A stretch of DNA of 64,000 nucleotides from Pseudomonadota bacterium (lineage in GTDB: Bacteria > Pseudomonadota > Gammaproteobacteria > Burkholderiales > DATLHW01): positions 3,512 through 67,511 of the forward strand of contig JAZKCF010000037.1 in assembly GCA_040388195.1 (NCBI GenBank), written 5' to 3'. Positions 37,628 through 46,767 of the stretch are shown here, in pieces. Under the pieces are notes generated by a model. The model made no database searches. It was not told the DNA's origin and saw only the letters and a list, made by a program, of their open reading frames with translations. The translations under genes were made by a program, and so were the position numbers. Positions within the stretch are counted from its first letter, which is position 1. Each line of letters begins with the position of its first letter.

Positions 37628-38986
37628 TTATTTGCGTCCCATTTTTTTAAACATTGAATGGTCGGCTTCCAGCTTCGTCGCATTCGGCTCTCGCCATCTC
37701 TCAACAAAAGCTTCGTAAATCGGTCGAGCGCCGATAAGCCGAGATACCCCAGTACCAATGAAAGCAGTGATTATTAACGGCGGCAGCATCGCATAATTGC
37801 CGGTAATTTCCGCGACGATTACAAAAGCAGTGAACGGCGCTTGAAACACTGCAGAGAAATAAGCTGTGACACCAAGCAAAATGATGGCAGCCGCTGGCGT
37901 CGCTGGCATGAACGCCGAAATGTTTGCGCCGATCCCGGCACCGATTGCTAATGACGGTGCGAACAGACCACCCGGTATGCCGCTAAAACACGATATGAAG
38001 GTTGCGAGAAATTTGATCAGGGAATAATGCCAAGGCAGGTTTTGCGGATTCTGAAGTAATTGTTCGATTTCCTGGGCACCGTTGCCGTAGATCGTGCTAC
38101 CTGAAAGTAATCCCAGCACCGCAACACAAAAGCCGCAAAAAGCGGAGAATCGAAGCGGCCCCAATAGTCGTAAGCGTAGGATGAAAGCTGGCGTCGAAAG
38201 AGGGCTGAAGCAATAACTAAAAAGCCCACCGAAAATTCCTCCAACTACGCCGCAGACGGGGACAGCCATCCAACCCGAACCATACGCCAGCGCTGCGCTT
38301 GTATCGCCAAAATAACGATGACCGTCAAGGATAGGCGCACATATCGCCGTGGTAACGGCGACAATGGTGAGTAGTGCCGCTATCGAGCTCATCTCGAATG
38401 TTTTAGTTAACCGTTCCAATGCAAAAACGATGCCTGTCAACGGTGCATTGAATGCTGCTGCGACGCCGGCTGCGGCGCCGCCGACGATCAAACCATGATC
38501 AAGCTGGTGTCTAGATAATTTATGGGCCGGAATAATTTTTCCCAGCGAGTACATGATGGACGCGCCGATATGTACCATCGGGCCTTCTTGACCAATCGAT
38601 GCACCGCACATTTGCCCTAATACAGTGAGGCTGAGTTTTGCGATAGCGATCGGAATCGACAATAACTTCTTGCGATGGTTAGGTTGACAATAGTCGAGTG
38701 CAGCCATGGTTTGCGGGACGCCACTACCTAAAGCGCTCATGAAAAACTTATTCGTGATGGCAGAAATAAGTACAAAGCCTAGTGGCGTCAAAAGCAGCGG
38801 TAAAAAGGGATTGAATTGAACCCAAAGGTGCAGAATCTTATGCGCGAAGTCACTAGCGACCCAAAAAAGCAATCCTGTGCCGCCGACAATGATCGCACTT
38901 AACGCGATGAGCGGTAACTGCCACCAAGGTGCTCGCAGTGCAGTCGGGGTCAGCCGTTGTTTAATCACTGAAGTCCTATCAATCAA
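37628..38986 (-). CDS. ClC family chloride channel / H+-Cl- exchanger
   Basis: Selectivity motifs ..GSGVPQ.., ..GQEGPMVHIG.. and ..GGLFAPSLAIGAG.. The start is uncertain: TTG 38986, or GTG 38968 preceded by AGGA. Confidence 0.85.
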   Translation of the reverse strand: MIDRTSVIKQRLTPTALRAPWWQLPLIALSAIIVGGTGLLFWVASDFAHKILHLWVQFNPFLPLLLTPLGFVLISAITNKFFMSALGSGVPQTMAALDYCQPNHRKKLLSIPIAIAKLSLTVLGQMCGASIGQEGPMVHIGASIMYSLGKIIPAHKLSRHQLDHGLIVGGAAAGVAAAFNAPLTGIVFALERLTKTFEMSSIAALLTIVAVTTAICAPILDGHRYFGDTSAALAYGSGWMAVPVCGVVGGIFGGLFSYCFSPLSTPAFILRLRLLGPLRFSAFCGFCVAVLGLLSGSTIYGNGAQEIEQLLQNPQNLPWHYSLIKFLATFISCFSGIPGGLFAPSLAIGAGIGANISAFMPATPAAAIILLGVTAYFSAVFQAPFTAFVIVAEITGNYAMLPPLIITAFIGTGVSRLIGARPIYEAFVERWREPNATKLEADHSMFKKMGRK

Positions 38987-39102
38987 TTAATTAATTAATT
39001 TGAATGTGCTATTCAGTCTGGCGAAGAAATGGGACTGTCGGGAAAGCTACTCAGAATTGCCAAATCCACCGGTTTAGAGACGTCGGCTACATTAGCAAAC
39101 GT

Positions 39103-40152
39103 TTAAAGGAATTCCTTACGGATATCGACGCTAGAACGTTTGCCGACATCGTCGTATGCCTCATGCAGCCATTTATCCGCCTCGGCTCGTCCGCGCTCAC
39201 GTAAAAAGCAAAGGAAATCCCAATCCGCGTTGAGCTTGCTGGAAACACCTAGCTCGGTCATCGTCTCATCGCAACGGATTGAGTGAATCAGCATTTCTTT
39301 CATTTCTCCGGGTTCGATCTTGCCGCGTTGGATGAGCGAAGTGACAAATGCGATCGCACGCATCTCCCGCATGAGCGAAGAATTGAAGCTGACTTCATTG
39401 ATGCGGTTCAGGATATCCGTTGCCGTACGCGGTACGCCTTTTCGTACAATCGGGTTGATGTGCACAATCAAGACGTCACTGGTATTGCAGTTGTATATCA
39501 GCGGATAAATTGCCGGATTGCCGACATAACCGCCGTCCCAATAATGTTCGCCGTCAATCTCAACCGCTTGAAACAAGAAAGGCAGGCAGGCAGAGGCAAG
39601 AACCGCTTCGACGCGGATGTCTTTCTCGTTGAAGATTCTTACTTTGCTGGTTTCGACATTGGTTGCGCACAAATACAAACGGATGGGGCAATGCTCGCGC
39701 AACGCGGCGAAATCGACATGTGCTTCGAGCACGTCACGCAACGGATTGAGATTTAACGGGTTGAACTGATAAGGAGAAAAAATCCGCAGCATCATATCCG
39801 CCATGAAATACATCGGCGAATTTTCCTGCGTGAAGCCATTCAACATTTTTTCCCATGGCGTATTGCGCAGTGGGTTGAGAAATTCAGACGCCTTGGCAAT
39901 ATCTTTCCAGAAGTCGTGCAGCGCTTGCCGCGCACCATCCGCACCGCCGTTCATTAGCCCTTGTGCTAAAACCGCGCCATTCATTGCGCCAGCACTAGTG
40001 GCGCTGACACCTTCCACATCAAGCCGCCCATCCTCCAGCAAACGATCGAGAACGCCCCAAGCAAATGCACCGTGCGCGCCACCGCCTTGCAGGGCGAGAG
40101 TAATGGGTTTTGACCCGCCATTAACATTGCGCAGTTTAGTTTTGGTTGCCAT
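39103..40152 (-). CDS. patatin-like phospholipase family protein
   Basis: Oxyanion ..LALQGGGAHGAFAWGVL.., nucleophile ..VSATSAGAMNG.. (a GxSxG variant) and the Asp region ..YWDGGYVGN.. Confidence 0.85.
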   Translation of the reverse strand: MATKTKLRNVNGGSKPITLALQGGGAHGAFAWGVLDRLLEDGRLDVEGVSATSAGAMNGAVLAQGLMNGGADGARQALHDFWKDIAKASEFLNPLRNTPWEKMLNGFTQENSPMYFMADMMLRIFSPYQFNPLNLNPLRDVLEAHVDFAALREHCPIRLYLCATNVETSKVRIFNEKDIRVEAVLASACLPFLFQAVEIDGEHYWDGGYVGNPAIYPLIYNCNTSDVLIVHINPIVRKGVPRTATDILNRINEVSFNSSLMREMRAIAFVTSLIQRGKIEPGEMKEMLIHSIRCDETMTELGVSSKLNADWDFLCFLRERGRAEADKWLHEAYDDVGKRSSVDIRKEFL

Positions 40153-40172
40153 GGTTGTTCCTTATGCTGAGT

Positions 40173-40640
40173 TCAGTCACCGTTGGTTGGAATTGCCGTG
40201 GCTGTTATCGACGCTGCTGCAGCGCGCACAGAAATACGGCAAGCGTTTCCAATTTCTCTATGTCTACCTGTACAAACTCATTACGTGCTAGATGCGCTAG
40301 CGATCACATCGCGGGCAACGTTCTCCGGCGATATGTTATTGCAAGTAATACCATGTTCAGGGAATTTTATGGCGACTGTTTTTGAGAGGCCGAGCACGCC
40401 ATGTTTTGCGTCAACAACGTAGACTGAATTGAAAAGGCGCAGCGACAGATAGTGAGTGGAAGCGATATTGCTTGTGCGCTCCACGAGCGTGTTTTCATCG
40501 TTTGGGATGACAGTCTTGATTAAATGGAAGGCGGAGAAGCGATTGATCGCCAAGACCGCATTCCATTTTCATCTAGAAACTCCTCACTCGGAGCGGGCCG
40601 GTTTGAGGCGGGAACATAAAAATGTGCTGGGACAATTGAC
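40173..40640 (-). pseudogene. bdhA: 3-hydroxybutyrate dehydrogenase (SDR) relic, 5'-truncated and frameshifted
   Basis: Three minus-strand frames give consecutive BdhA-like segments: ..APSEEFLDENG.., ..KWNAVLAINRFSAFHLIKTVIP..NIAS..SVYVVDAKHGVLGLSKTVAIKFPEHGITCNNISP.., ..EFVQVDIEKLETLAVFLCALQ.. and ..ITATAIPTNGD*. The Rossmann N-terminus is absent. Confidence 0.6.
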
Positions 40641-40670
40641 GCGCTAGATTAAGCGCTTTGTTTAAGCCTC

Positions 40671-41465
40671 TTAAGATCTATTACTTACGCAATCGATAAT
40701 TTCACCGCTAATGCCAGCGCTGTCTTTTCCCATTAGATATAGATAATGCGGCATCAAATCCTCCGGTTTAGGCATGCTTGACTTTACTTCTCCCGGGTGA
40801 CTGGCGGCGCGTTGAGGCGATGCCACCGGTCCGGGTATCAAGGCATTAATTCGCACGTTTGGATGCATTTCCAATTCTTGCGCCCAAATATGCGTCAAAA
40901 ATTCCAACCCTGCTTTAGCAATCGAAAAAACACCCCAATACGCGGCAGGGGTATGACCGTGGGTTTCAGAAGTCATGACGATTGAGGCGTCAGGCGATTG
41001 CTGAAGTAACGAAAGACACGCTCGGGTCAATGCGAAGGGGGCAGACAAATTAACGCGAAGCAATTGTGTCCAGTGTTCCAGTGTTTGATTGGCGAGCGGG
41101 GTGGGGGAAGAGAACATCGCCGCGTTATGGAGAATGCCATCTAGGCGACCGAATTGCTGTTTGATGGCCTGTGCCATCGTTTCATAATTGGCATCTGTTG
41201 CGGTCGAAAAATCTATCGGGAAAATGACTGGTTGCGGTAAGCCGCGCTCGACCATCTCGTCGTAAACTTGTTCCAGTTTTGGGACTTTGCGGCCATGTAA
41301 AACCACAGTTGCGCCGTGCGCCGCATAAGCAAGCGCGGCCGTGCGGCCAATTCCTTGACCGGCGCCTGTAACGATAATGACCCGATTTTTTAGCAAATCA
41401 GCATTGGGTTGATAATTTTGTATCAGTGCTTTCAATTGGCCTCCGCCATCAATAAGTTCGCGCAT
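40671..41465 (-). CDS. SDR family protein, YciK-like, with non-canonical active site
   Basis: ..VIIVTGAGQGIGR.. and ..LHNAA.. are present. The YxxxK position reads ..YWGVFSIAK.. (Phe where Tyr is expected). It overlaps the hpnE 3' end by 34 nt. Confidence 0.8.
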   Translation of the reverse strand: MRELIDGGGQLKALIQNYQPNADLLKNRVIIVTGAGQGIGRTAALAYAAHGATVVLHGRKVPKLEQVYDEMVERGLPQPVIFPIDFSTATDANYETMAQAIKQQFGRLDGILHNAAMFSSPTPLANQTLEHWTQLLRVNLSAPFALTRACLSLLQQSPDASIVMTSETHGHTPAAYWGVFSIAKAGLEFLTHIWAQELEMHPNVRINALIPGPVASPQRAASHPGEVKSSMPKPEDLMPHYLYLMGKDSAGISGEIIDCVSNRS

Positions 41466-42766
41466 TTTACGCCGCTACGCACAGCGCTCTCCAGCGTTGC
41501 TGGATATTCGCCGGCGGTATAGTCGCCGGCAAGGTAGAAATGTTTTATGGGTGTTTGCTGCTCAGGGCGACGCAAGTTAGGTGTGCAAGTAAAGGTGCCG
41601 AATTTTTCGACAATGACTTTGTTCCACAGTGGTTTTTTTAAATGAGGAAAGTGACGAGCAATTTCTTCGCTTGCTTCTGTTGCTAGTGATTCATTGTCGA
41701 GCTCTCGATGCGCGCCGGATGCCGAGATTACTGCAGCAAGTAGACCATGTTGCCCGCATAGAGACTGACGATCGAACAGCCACTGAATTAAACCATCCGC
41801 TAAACCCAGCATCGGCGCTGACAATGCAATGTCCTCATCATATTGTAGATAGACCGTGCAAATTGGTTCATAGGAAAACGCTTCAATCAGCGATAGTGCG
41901 TCAGACATTTCAGGCAATGGGGCAAGTAAACGCACCGCCTGATGCGGGCCGACTGCGAGGATCACCGCATCGGCTTCTTCAGTCCGATCTTTTAAAGCCA
42001 GCACGAAACCGTCTTTTTTTAACTCGATTCCTTGCACTGGCGATAACGGTTTTACATCGCCGCCCCGCGCTTTTACATACGTTGCCGCGGTTTCCGGAAA
42101 AAGACGGGAAAGATCAAACCGAGGCAGTAATAAATCGGAGTGTTGTTTTTGCCCTGCGAGGCCGTCACGTAATACATTCAGAAAAATTTGCGCGGATGCC
42201 TGCCCTGGTAATGTGTTCAAAGCCGCGACGCAAAGCGGTTCCCAGAGATACTTTGCTAAGGCACCCGTTTGGCCGTATGTATTCAACATCGCCGTTACTG
42301 TTGTATCAGTAGGGAGGCGGAATTTTGCGCGTTGAAGAGCGGACATGAAATAAACGGCTGCTGTACGCTCGCGCAGCGTTAGGCCGCTTGCGCGCATTAG
42401 GCCCGTCAATAAGTGCATCGGTGACGGCAGAGGGGCGGCGGCGAGTGTTAGACGATCCTTCACCACGAATCGTAGCGGCAACCGAAGTAGTGCATTTTCA
42501 GGCACGCCTGCCATATCCATGAGGCGCAGCGTTTCTTGATATGCGCCGAGCAGGATATGCGCGCCGTTATCGAGATCGATGTTTTGATGCGTGATCCGTC
42601 GGGCTCGGCCACCTAATATTGGTGCGGTTTCGAATACCTGGACGGTCGCGCCCTTATTCGATAACTCCATCGCCGCAGCAAGCCCAGCGTAGCCGCCGCC
42701 GATAATAGCAACCTTAAAGGATGAGTTTATCCGGCGACCACTGGAATTTTTTTCATCCTTTGACAT
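41432..42766 (-). CDS. hpnE: hydroxysqualene dehydroxylase HpnE (FAD-dependent amine-oxidase fold)
   Basis: Dinucleotide motif ..VAIIGGGYAGLAAA.. Its position after hpnC-hpnD supports the call. The start is set at ATG 42766; the ORF is open to a TTG at 42781. Confidence 0.85.
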   Translation of the reverse strand: MSKDEKNSSGRRINSSFKVAIIGGGYAGLAAAMELSNKGATVQVFETAPILGGRARRITHQNIDLDNGAHILLGAYQETLRLMDMAGVPENALLRLPLRFVVKDRLTLAAAPLPSPMHLLTGLMRASGLTLRERTAAVYFMSALQRAKFRLPTDTTVTAMLNTYGQTGALAKYLWEPLCVAALNTLPGQASAQIFLNVLRDGLAGQKQHSDLLLPRFDLSRLFPETAATYVKARGGDVKPLSPVQGIELKKDGFVLALKDRTEEADAVILAVGPHQAVRLLAPLPEMSDALSLIEAFSYEPICTVYLQYDEDIALSAPMLGLADGLIQWLFDRQSLCGQHGLLAAVISASGAHRELDNESLATEASEEIARHFPHLKKPLWNKVIVEKFGTFTCTPNLRRPEQQTPIKHFYLAGDYTAGEYPATLESAVRSGVKCANLLMAEAN

Positions 42767-43586
42767 ACGTTCGCCATGCAATCCAAAGCTTGCGCAACGG
42801 TGTCAGCGCGATACGCTGCTTAAGAACAGCAAAACGATCGCGTTCTATTTCGTCCAATAATGTCCGATAAATCGCGGCCATGATGAGACCGGCGCGTTGT
42901 GTTTTACGATCGATATTTGCTAGAGCGGCGAACGCTTCTTGGTAATACTGCTTTGCCCGTTCCGTTTGGAAGGCCATAAGCTTGCGGAAATTATCCGACT
43001 CCTGGCCGTTGAGAATATCTGTTGTGCTAACGCCGAACTGATTTAATTCGTCTTGCGGGAGATAAATACGGTCGCGGCGAGCGTCTTCACCAACATCTCG
43101 AATAATGTTCGTTAACTGAAACGCCATGCCGAGGTCATTGGCATATTTCAGCGTGTTCGGGTCCGTATAACCGAAAATGGTTGCAGACATTTGCCCCACC
43201 ACACTAGCTACTCGATAGCAGTAAAGCTCCAGTGACTTGAAATCAGGATAGCGATGGTAGGTCAAATCCATCTCCATGCCGTCTATAACTTCGTTGAACT
43301 GTGTCGCAGATAGATTGAGGGTTTGAATGACCGGCAACAGTGCTTTGCCAACCGGATGTTGTGGATTGCCCGCGAATAGGTTAGCAACTTCGGTCCGCCA
43401 CCAGGCAAGTTTTATCCGAGCCACGCTAATATCCTTTACCTCGTCGGCGACATCGTCTACTTCTCGGCAAAACGCGTAGACGGCTGTAATGGCTCTCCGC
43501 TTCTCCGGCGGTAAAAATAGGAAGCTGTAGTAAAAGCTGGAACCGCTTTTGGCGGCTTTATTTTGACAGTATTCTTCTGGAGTCAT
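42753..43586 (-). CDS. hpnD: presqualene diphosphate synthase HpnD
   Basis: Squalene/phytoene synthase fold with Asp-rich ..FCREVDDVADE.. and ..NIIRDVGEDARRDRIYLP.. Confidence 0.85.
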   Translation of the reverse strand: MTPEEYCQNKAAKSGSSFYYSFLFLPPEKRRAITAVYAFCREVDDVADEVKDISVARIKLAWWRTEVANLFAGNPQHPVGKALLPVIQTLNLSATQFNEVIDGMEMDLTYHRYPDFKSLELYCYRVASVVGQMSATIFGYTDPNTLKYANDLGMAFQLTNIIRDVGEDARRDRIYLPQDELNQFGVSTTDILNGQESDNFRKLMAFQTERAKQYYQEAFAALANIDRKTQRAGLIMAAIYRTLLDEIERDRFAVLKQRIALTPLRKLWIAWRTYVKG

Positions 43587-44413
43587 GCTGTGCTAGGGAA
43601 GAGCGCTCGAAAGAGAATAAATGGCCAATCTCGTATGGTAAGCACTGGGCGATGCTGGAAAGCGTCGCCACCACTGGCTTCCAGCTTATTCAGAATGGTG
43701 GAACCCCCGGCAATAATGGTGCGAATTTCCAGGCCCATTCGGCCGGGGAGTGCCCCTCCTAACGGCCTGCCGGATTCTAACATGGCCCGGCTCCGATCGA
43801 TTTGGAAGTGCATAAGCCGTTGCCAGCGAGCATCGACCTGACGGTTTTTAATGTGACTCTCTGTCACACCGTGAGCGCCCATGTCGTTTTCAGGTAGATA
43901 GATGCGTTCCTTATTCCAGTCTATTGCGATGTCTTGCCAAAAATTAATGAGCTGTAAGCTGGAGCAAATATCATCCGACCATTTGAGGTGTTCAGGAGTG
44001 GCTTGTTTGAACAAGTATAGTAATAAGCGCCCAATGGGATTTGCGGAGCGGCGGCAATAATCCATTAGCTCTGCAAAATTCGCGTAACGTTTTTTGACGA
44101 TGTCTTGCGAAAATGCGTCAATCAAATCGCGGAAAAGTTGGATGGGGAGTTGATGCTGTTTAATTACCTCGGCGACCGCCGCAAAAAGGGCTTCCTCCGG
44201 TTTTTCTCCTGATTCAATACGGTCTAACTCCTGTTGATACCTATTTAATTGAGTCAATCGAACCGGAGCTGTAGCATCGCCTTCGTCGGCAATATCGTCG
44301 GCGCTTCGAGCGAAATGGTAAATAACACCGATCGGCGCCCTTAAATTGCGTGGCAATAGGATCGAGCCGACGGGAAAATTCTCGTAATGGTCGCTAGTAC
44401 TGGTTAATGGCAT
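43583..44413 (-). CDS. hpnC: hydroxysqualene synthase HpnC
   Basis: Squalene/phytoene synthase fold with ..FARSADDIADEG.. and ..FWQDIAIDWNKERIYLP.. It has a 4-nt overlap with hpnD. Confidence 0.85.
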   Translation of the reverse strand: MPLTSTSDHYENFPVGSILLPRNLRAPIGVIYHFARSADDIADEGDATAPVRLTQLNRYQQELDRIESGEKPEEALFAAVAEVIKQHQLPIQLFRDLIDAFSQDIVKKRYANFAELMDYCRRSANPIGRLLLYLFKQATPEHLKWSDDICSSLQLINFWQDIAIDWNKERIYLPENDMGAHGVTESHIKNRQVDARWQRLMHFQIDRSRAMLESGRPLGGALPGRMGLEIRTIIAGGSTILNKLEASGGDAFQHRPVLTIRDWPFILFRALFPSTA

Positions 44414-44536
44414 CGATAAAGAGCACGAGTTAAGCGAAAAAATGTCATAAATGCTTATGAAATCCTGTCATGCAAGCATTTCACAGGGATTTTGGCTGAC
44501 AGGGAAAGGCCGATAGTTTACACTAGAGGACTAAAT

Positions 44537-44621
44537 GCGAAGGTGGCGGAATTGGTAGACGCACTGGATTTAGGTTCCAGCGCCGTGAGGCGTGAGGGTT
44601 CGAGTCCCTCCTTTCGCACCA
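44537..44621 (+). tRNA. tRNA-Leu (anticodon UAG)
   Basis: Cloverleaf: acceptor GCGAAGG/CTTTCGC (one G-U pair), anticodon arm CTGGA-TTTAGGT-TCCAG, a long variable arm, T-arm GAGGG-TTCGAGT-CCCTC and an encoded CCA. Confidence 0.92.
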
Positions 44622-44771
44622 GATTTACCTCTCACACTAAACAATTCACCCTATAGGCCATTGGCGATTGAGTTCTCATCCATTGGTACTCTTCATTTGG
44701 TTCCTCTGGTTAATCGACAGCCGTTATTAGGATGAATTTATCGACGGATGAATTATTTAAGGGATCAAGGA

Positions 44772-46085
44772 ATGCAACAAGCCTCGTCAGAAACCACCAG
44801 CCCATTAGAGCGCCGTATTGATTTCTCGTTTCCGCTGCAACAAGTTGAATCAGAAATCGAAAATCGTCTTAAGCGGATTGCTCGTACTGCGAAGCTCCCA
44901 GGGTTTCGCCCGGGTAAAGTGCCGCTGAAGATTGTCGCTCAGCAATATGGTGGCCAAGTGCGTCAGGAAGTAATTGGCGATTCGGTGCAAAAAACTTTTT
45001 CCGACACTGTCCGTCAACAAAATTTTCGTATTGCGGGTTATCCGCGCATTGAAGCCAAGGATCCTATGGCTTCCACGGAAAATCTGGAATTTACCGCAAC
45101 TTTTGAAATATACCCTGAGGTTGTTGTCGGCGATTTGTCGAATACGACGATTAAACGCTCTGTAACGGAAGTTTCCGATGTCGACGTGGACCATACGATA
45201 GAGATATTGCGGAAGCAACGCCGACACTTTCACAAAACCGACCGCGCCGCTCAGAACGAAGATCAAGTACGTATTGATTTCGAAGGAAAGATTGATGGTG
45301 TTGTGTTCAACGGTGGCCAAGCGAAAGATTATCAACTCGTGCTCGGTGAAGGGCGTTTTTTACCAGATTTCGAAACCAACGTTGTCGGTATGAAGGCCGA
45401 AGATACAAAGTTATTTGAACTCACCTTTCCAGCGGATTATCATGGCAAGGAACTAGCTGGGAAAGCGGTGACTTTTGAGGTGAAGGTTAACGAGGTTTCG
45501 GAGCCGCACTTACCTGAGTTAAATGCCGAGTTTGCGAAAAATTTAGGTATCGATGATGGCGATCTCGATAGCATGCGCAAAGAAATTAAGCTGAACTTGG
45601 AACGTGAAGCAAAAAAGCGTGTCCAGGCAAAGCTAAAAGAACAGGCAATGCAGGTGCTGATAGATCATGCGACGCTTACCGTGCCGAAGTCGTTGGTGGA
45701 TATCGAGATAGAACGGTTGCAGGAAAATATGTTGAAGGACATGCAGTCGCGCGGAATGGGCACTAAAGATATGGCTTTGCCAGCACAATGGTTTCAAGCG
45801 CAAGCAGAGCGTCGCGTGAGATTAGGGCTCATTCTTGCCGAAGTGGTTAAACAGAATTCCTTGCATGCGAAGCCAGAGCAAGTGCGTGCGATGGTTGAGG
45901 AGCATGCGCAAAGTTTCGAACAGCCGGAAGTAATGGTACGCTGGTACCACGAACAACCGGAACGATTGGCGGAAGTCGAGGCTGTTGTGTTGGAAGATAA
46001 CGTTGTGACCTGGACAATGGACAAGGCAAAGGCAGAAGATGTTGCCACCCCATTCCAGGAACTCATGGAAGGTGCAGCAAAATGA
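44772..46085 (+). CDS. tig: trigger factor
   Basis: [21 protein letters not shown].. matches the usual Tig N-terminus (MQV..E....LERR). An FKBP-type PPIase domain is present (..[14 protein letters not shown]..). The ORF is open from 44748. Confidence 0.93.
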   Translation: MQQASSETTSPLERRIDFSFPLQQVESEIENRLKRIARTAKLPGFRPGKVPLKIVAQQYGGQVRQEVIGDSVQKTFSDTVRQQNFRIAGYPRIEAKDPMASTENLEFTATFEIYPEVVVGDLSNTTIKRSVTEVSDVDVDHTIEILRKQRRHFHKTDRAAQNEDQVRIDFEGKIDGVVFNGGQAKDYQLVLGEGRFLPDFETNVVGMKAEDTKLFELTFPADYHGKELAGKAVTFEVKVNEVSEPHLPELNAEFAKNLGIDDGDLDSMRKEIKLNLEREAKKRVQAKLKEQAMQVLIDHATLTVPKSLVDIEIERLQENMLKDMQSRGMGTKDMALPAQWFQAQAERRVRLGLILAEVVKQNSLHAKPEQVRAMVEEHAQSFEQPEVMVRWYHEQPERLAEVEAVVLEDNVVTWTMDKAKAEDVATPFQELMEGAAK

Positions 46086-46705
46086 GTATGAGAACCGATT
46101 GGGAACCGCAAGGCCTGGGGCTAATCCCCATGGTTATCGAGCAAAGTGGCCGGGGAGAGCGGGCTTACGATATTTATTCGCGGTTGCTAAAGGAACGAGT
46201 GATTTTTCTTGTTGGGCCGGTAAATGATTCTACGGCCAACTTGATCGTTGCTCAGCTGTTGTTTTTAGAGTCCGAAAACCCCGATAAGGACATCAGCCTT
46301 TATATAAATTCTCCTGGTGGCTCTGTCTCCGCAGGGCTGGCAATTTACGATACGATGCAATTTATCAAGCCTGATGTGAGCACGCTTTGCACGGGCCTCG
46401 CTGCAAGCATGGGCGCATTCCTGTTGGCGGCTGGTGCTAAAGGCAAACGTTTTGCGCTGCCTAATTCACGCGTCATGATTCACCAGCCTTCTGGTGGTGC
46501 TCAAGGCCAGGCAACTGATATTGAAATACAGGCCAGAGAAATTCTTTATTTGCGTGAACGCCTAAATGGTTTACTGTCTCAGCATACCGGCAAGGCGATT
46601 GATGCCATTGCTAAAGATACCGAGCGCGACAATTTTATGAGCGCAGAGGATGCGGTTAAATACGGACTAGTCGACAAGGTTTTGGTAAACCGAACCGGAC
46701 CTTAA
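46082..46705 (+). CDS. clpP: ATP-dependent Clp protease proteolytic subunit
   Basis: ..[29 protein letters not shown].., catalytic Ser in ..[11 protein letters not shown].. and His in ..VMIHQPSGG.. The ATG overlaps the tig stop (ATGA). Confidence 0.97.
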   Translation: MSMRTDWEPQGLGLIPMVIEQSGRGERAYDIYSRLLKERVIFLVGPVNDSTANLIVAQLLFLESENPDKDISLYINSPGGSVSAGLAIYDTMQFIKPDVSTLCTGLAASMGAFLLAAGAKGKRFALPNSRVMIHQPSGGAQGQATDIEIQAREILYLRERLNGLLSQHTGKAIDAIAKDTERDNFMSAEDAVKYGLVDKVLVNRTGP

Positions 46706-46767
46706 AACTAAGGTCTTATTGAAGGCTGGGAACAATTTGCATTTGATTAGGATTAGGATACAACGAA

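Noticed and set aside
37444-37758. ORFs of 104 aa (minus) and 62 aa (plus, 37462-37650) running through the palindromic element.
   Set aside because: Their sequence is dictated by the repeat element, whose arms read as LRK.. The minus ORF also runs into the 3' end of the ClC gene. This is the type of ORF commonly mis-annotated over REP-like repeats.
38985-39000. (AATT)4 microsatellite immediately upstream of the ClC gene start.
   Set aside because: It is only 16 bp, too short to call a functional repeat or a phase-variation tract without population data.
39283-40291. ORFs of 157 and 162 aa on the plus strand opposite the patatin gene.
   Set aside because: They are antisense shadows of a motif-supported gene, and their composition is Ala/Arg/Ser/Cys-rich.
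41629-42312. 227-aa plus-strand ORF opposite hpnE.
   Set aside because: It is an antisense shadow in register with hpnE, with no start context.
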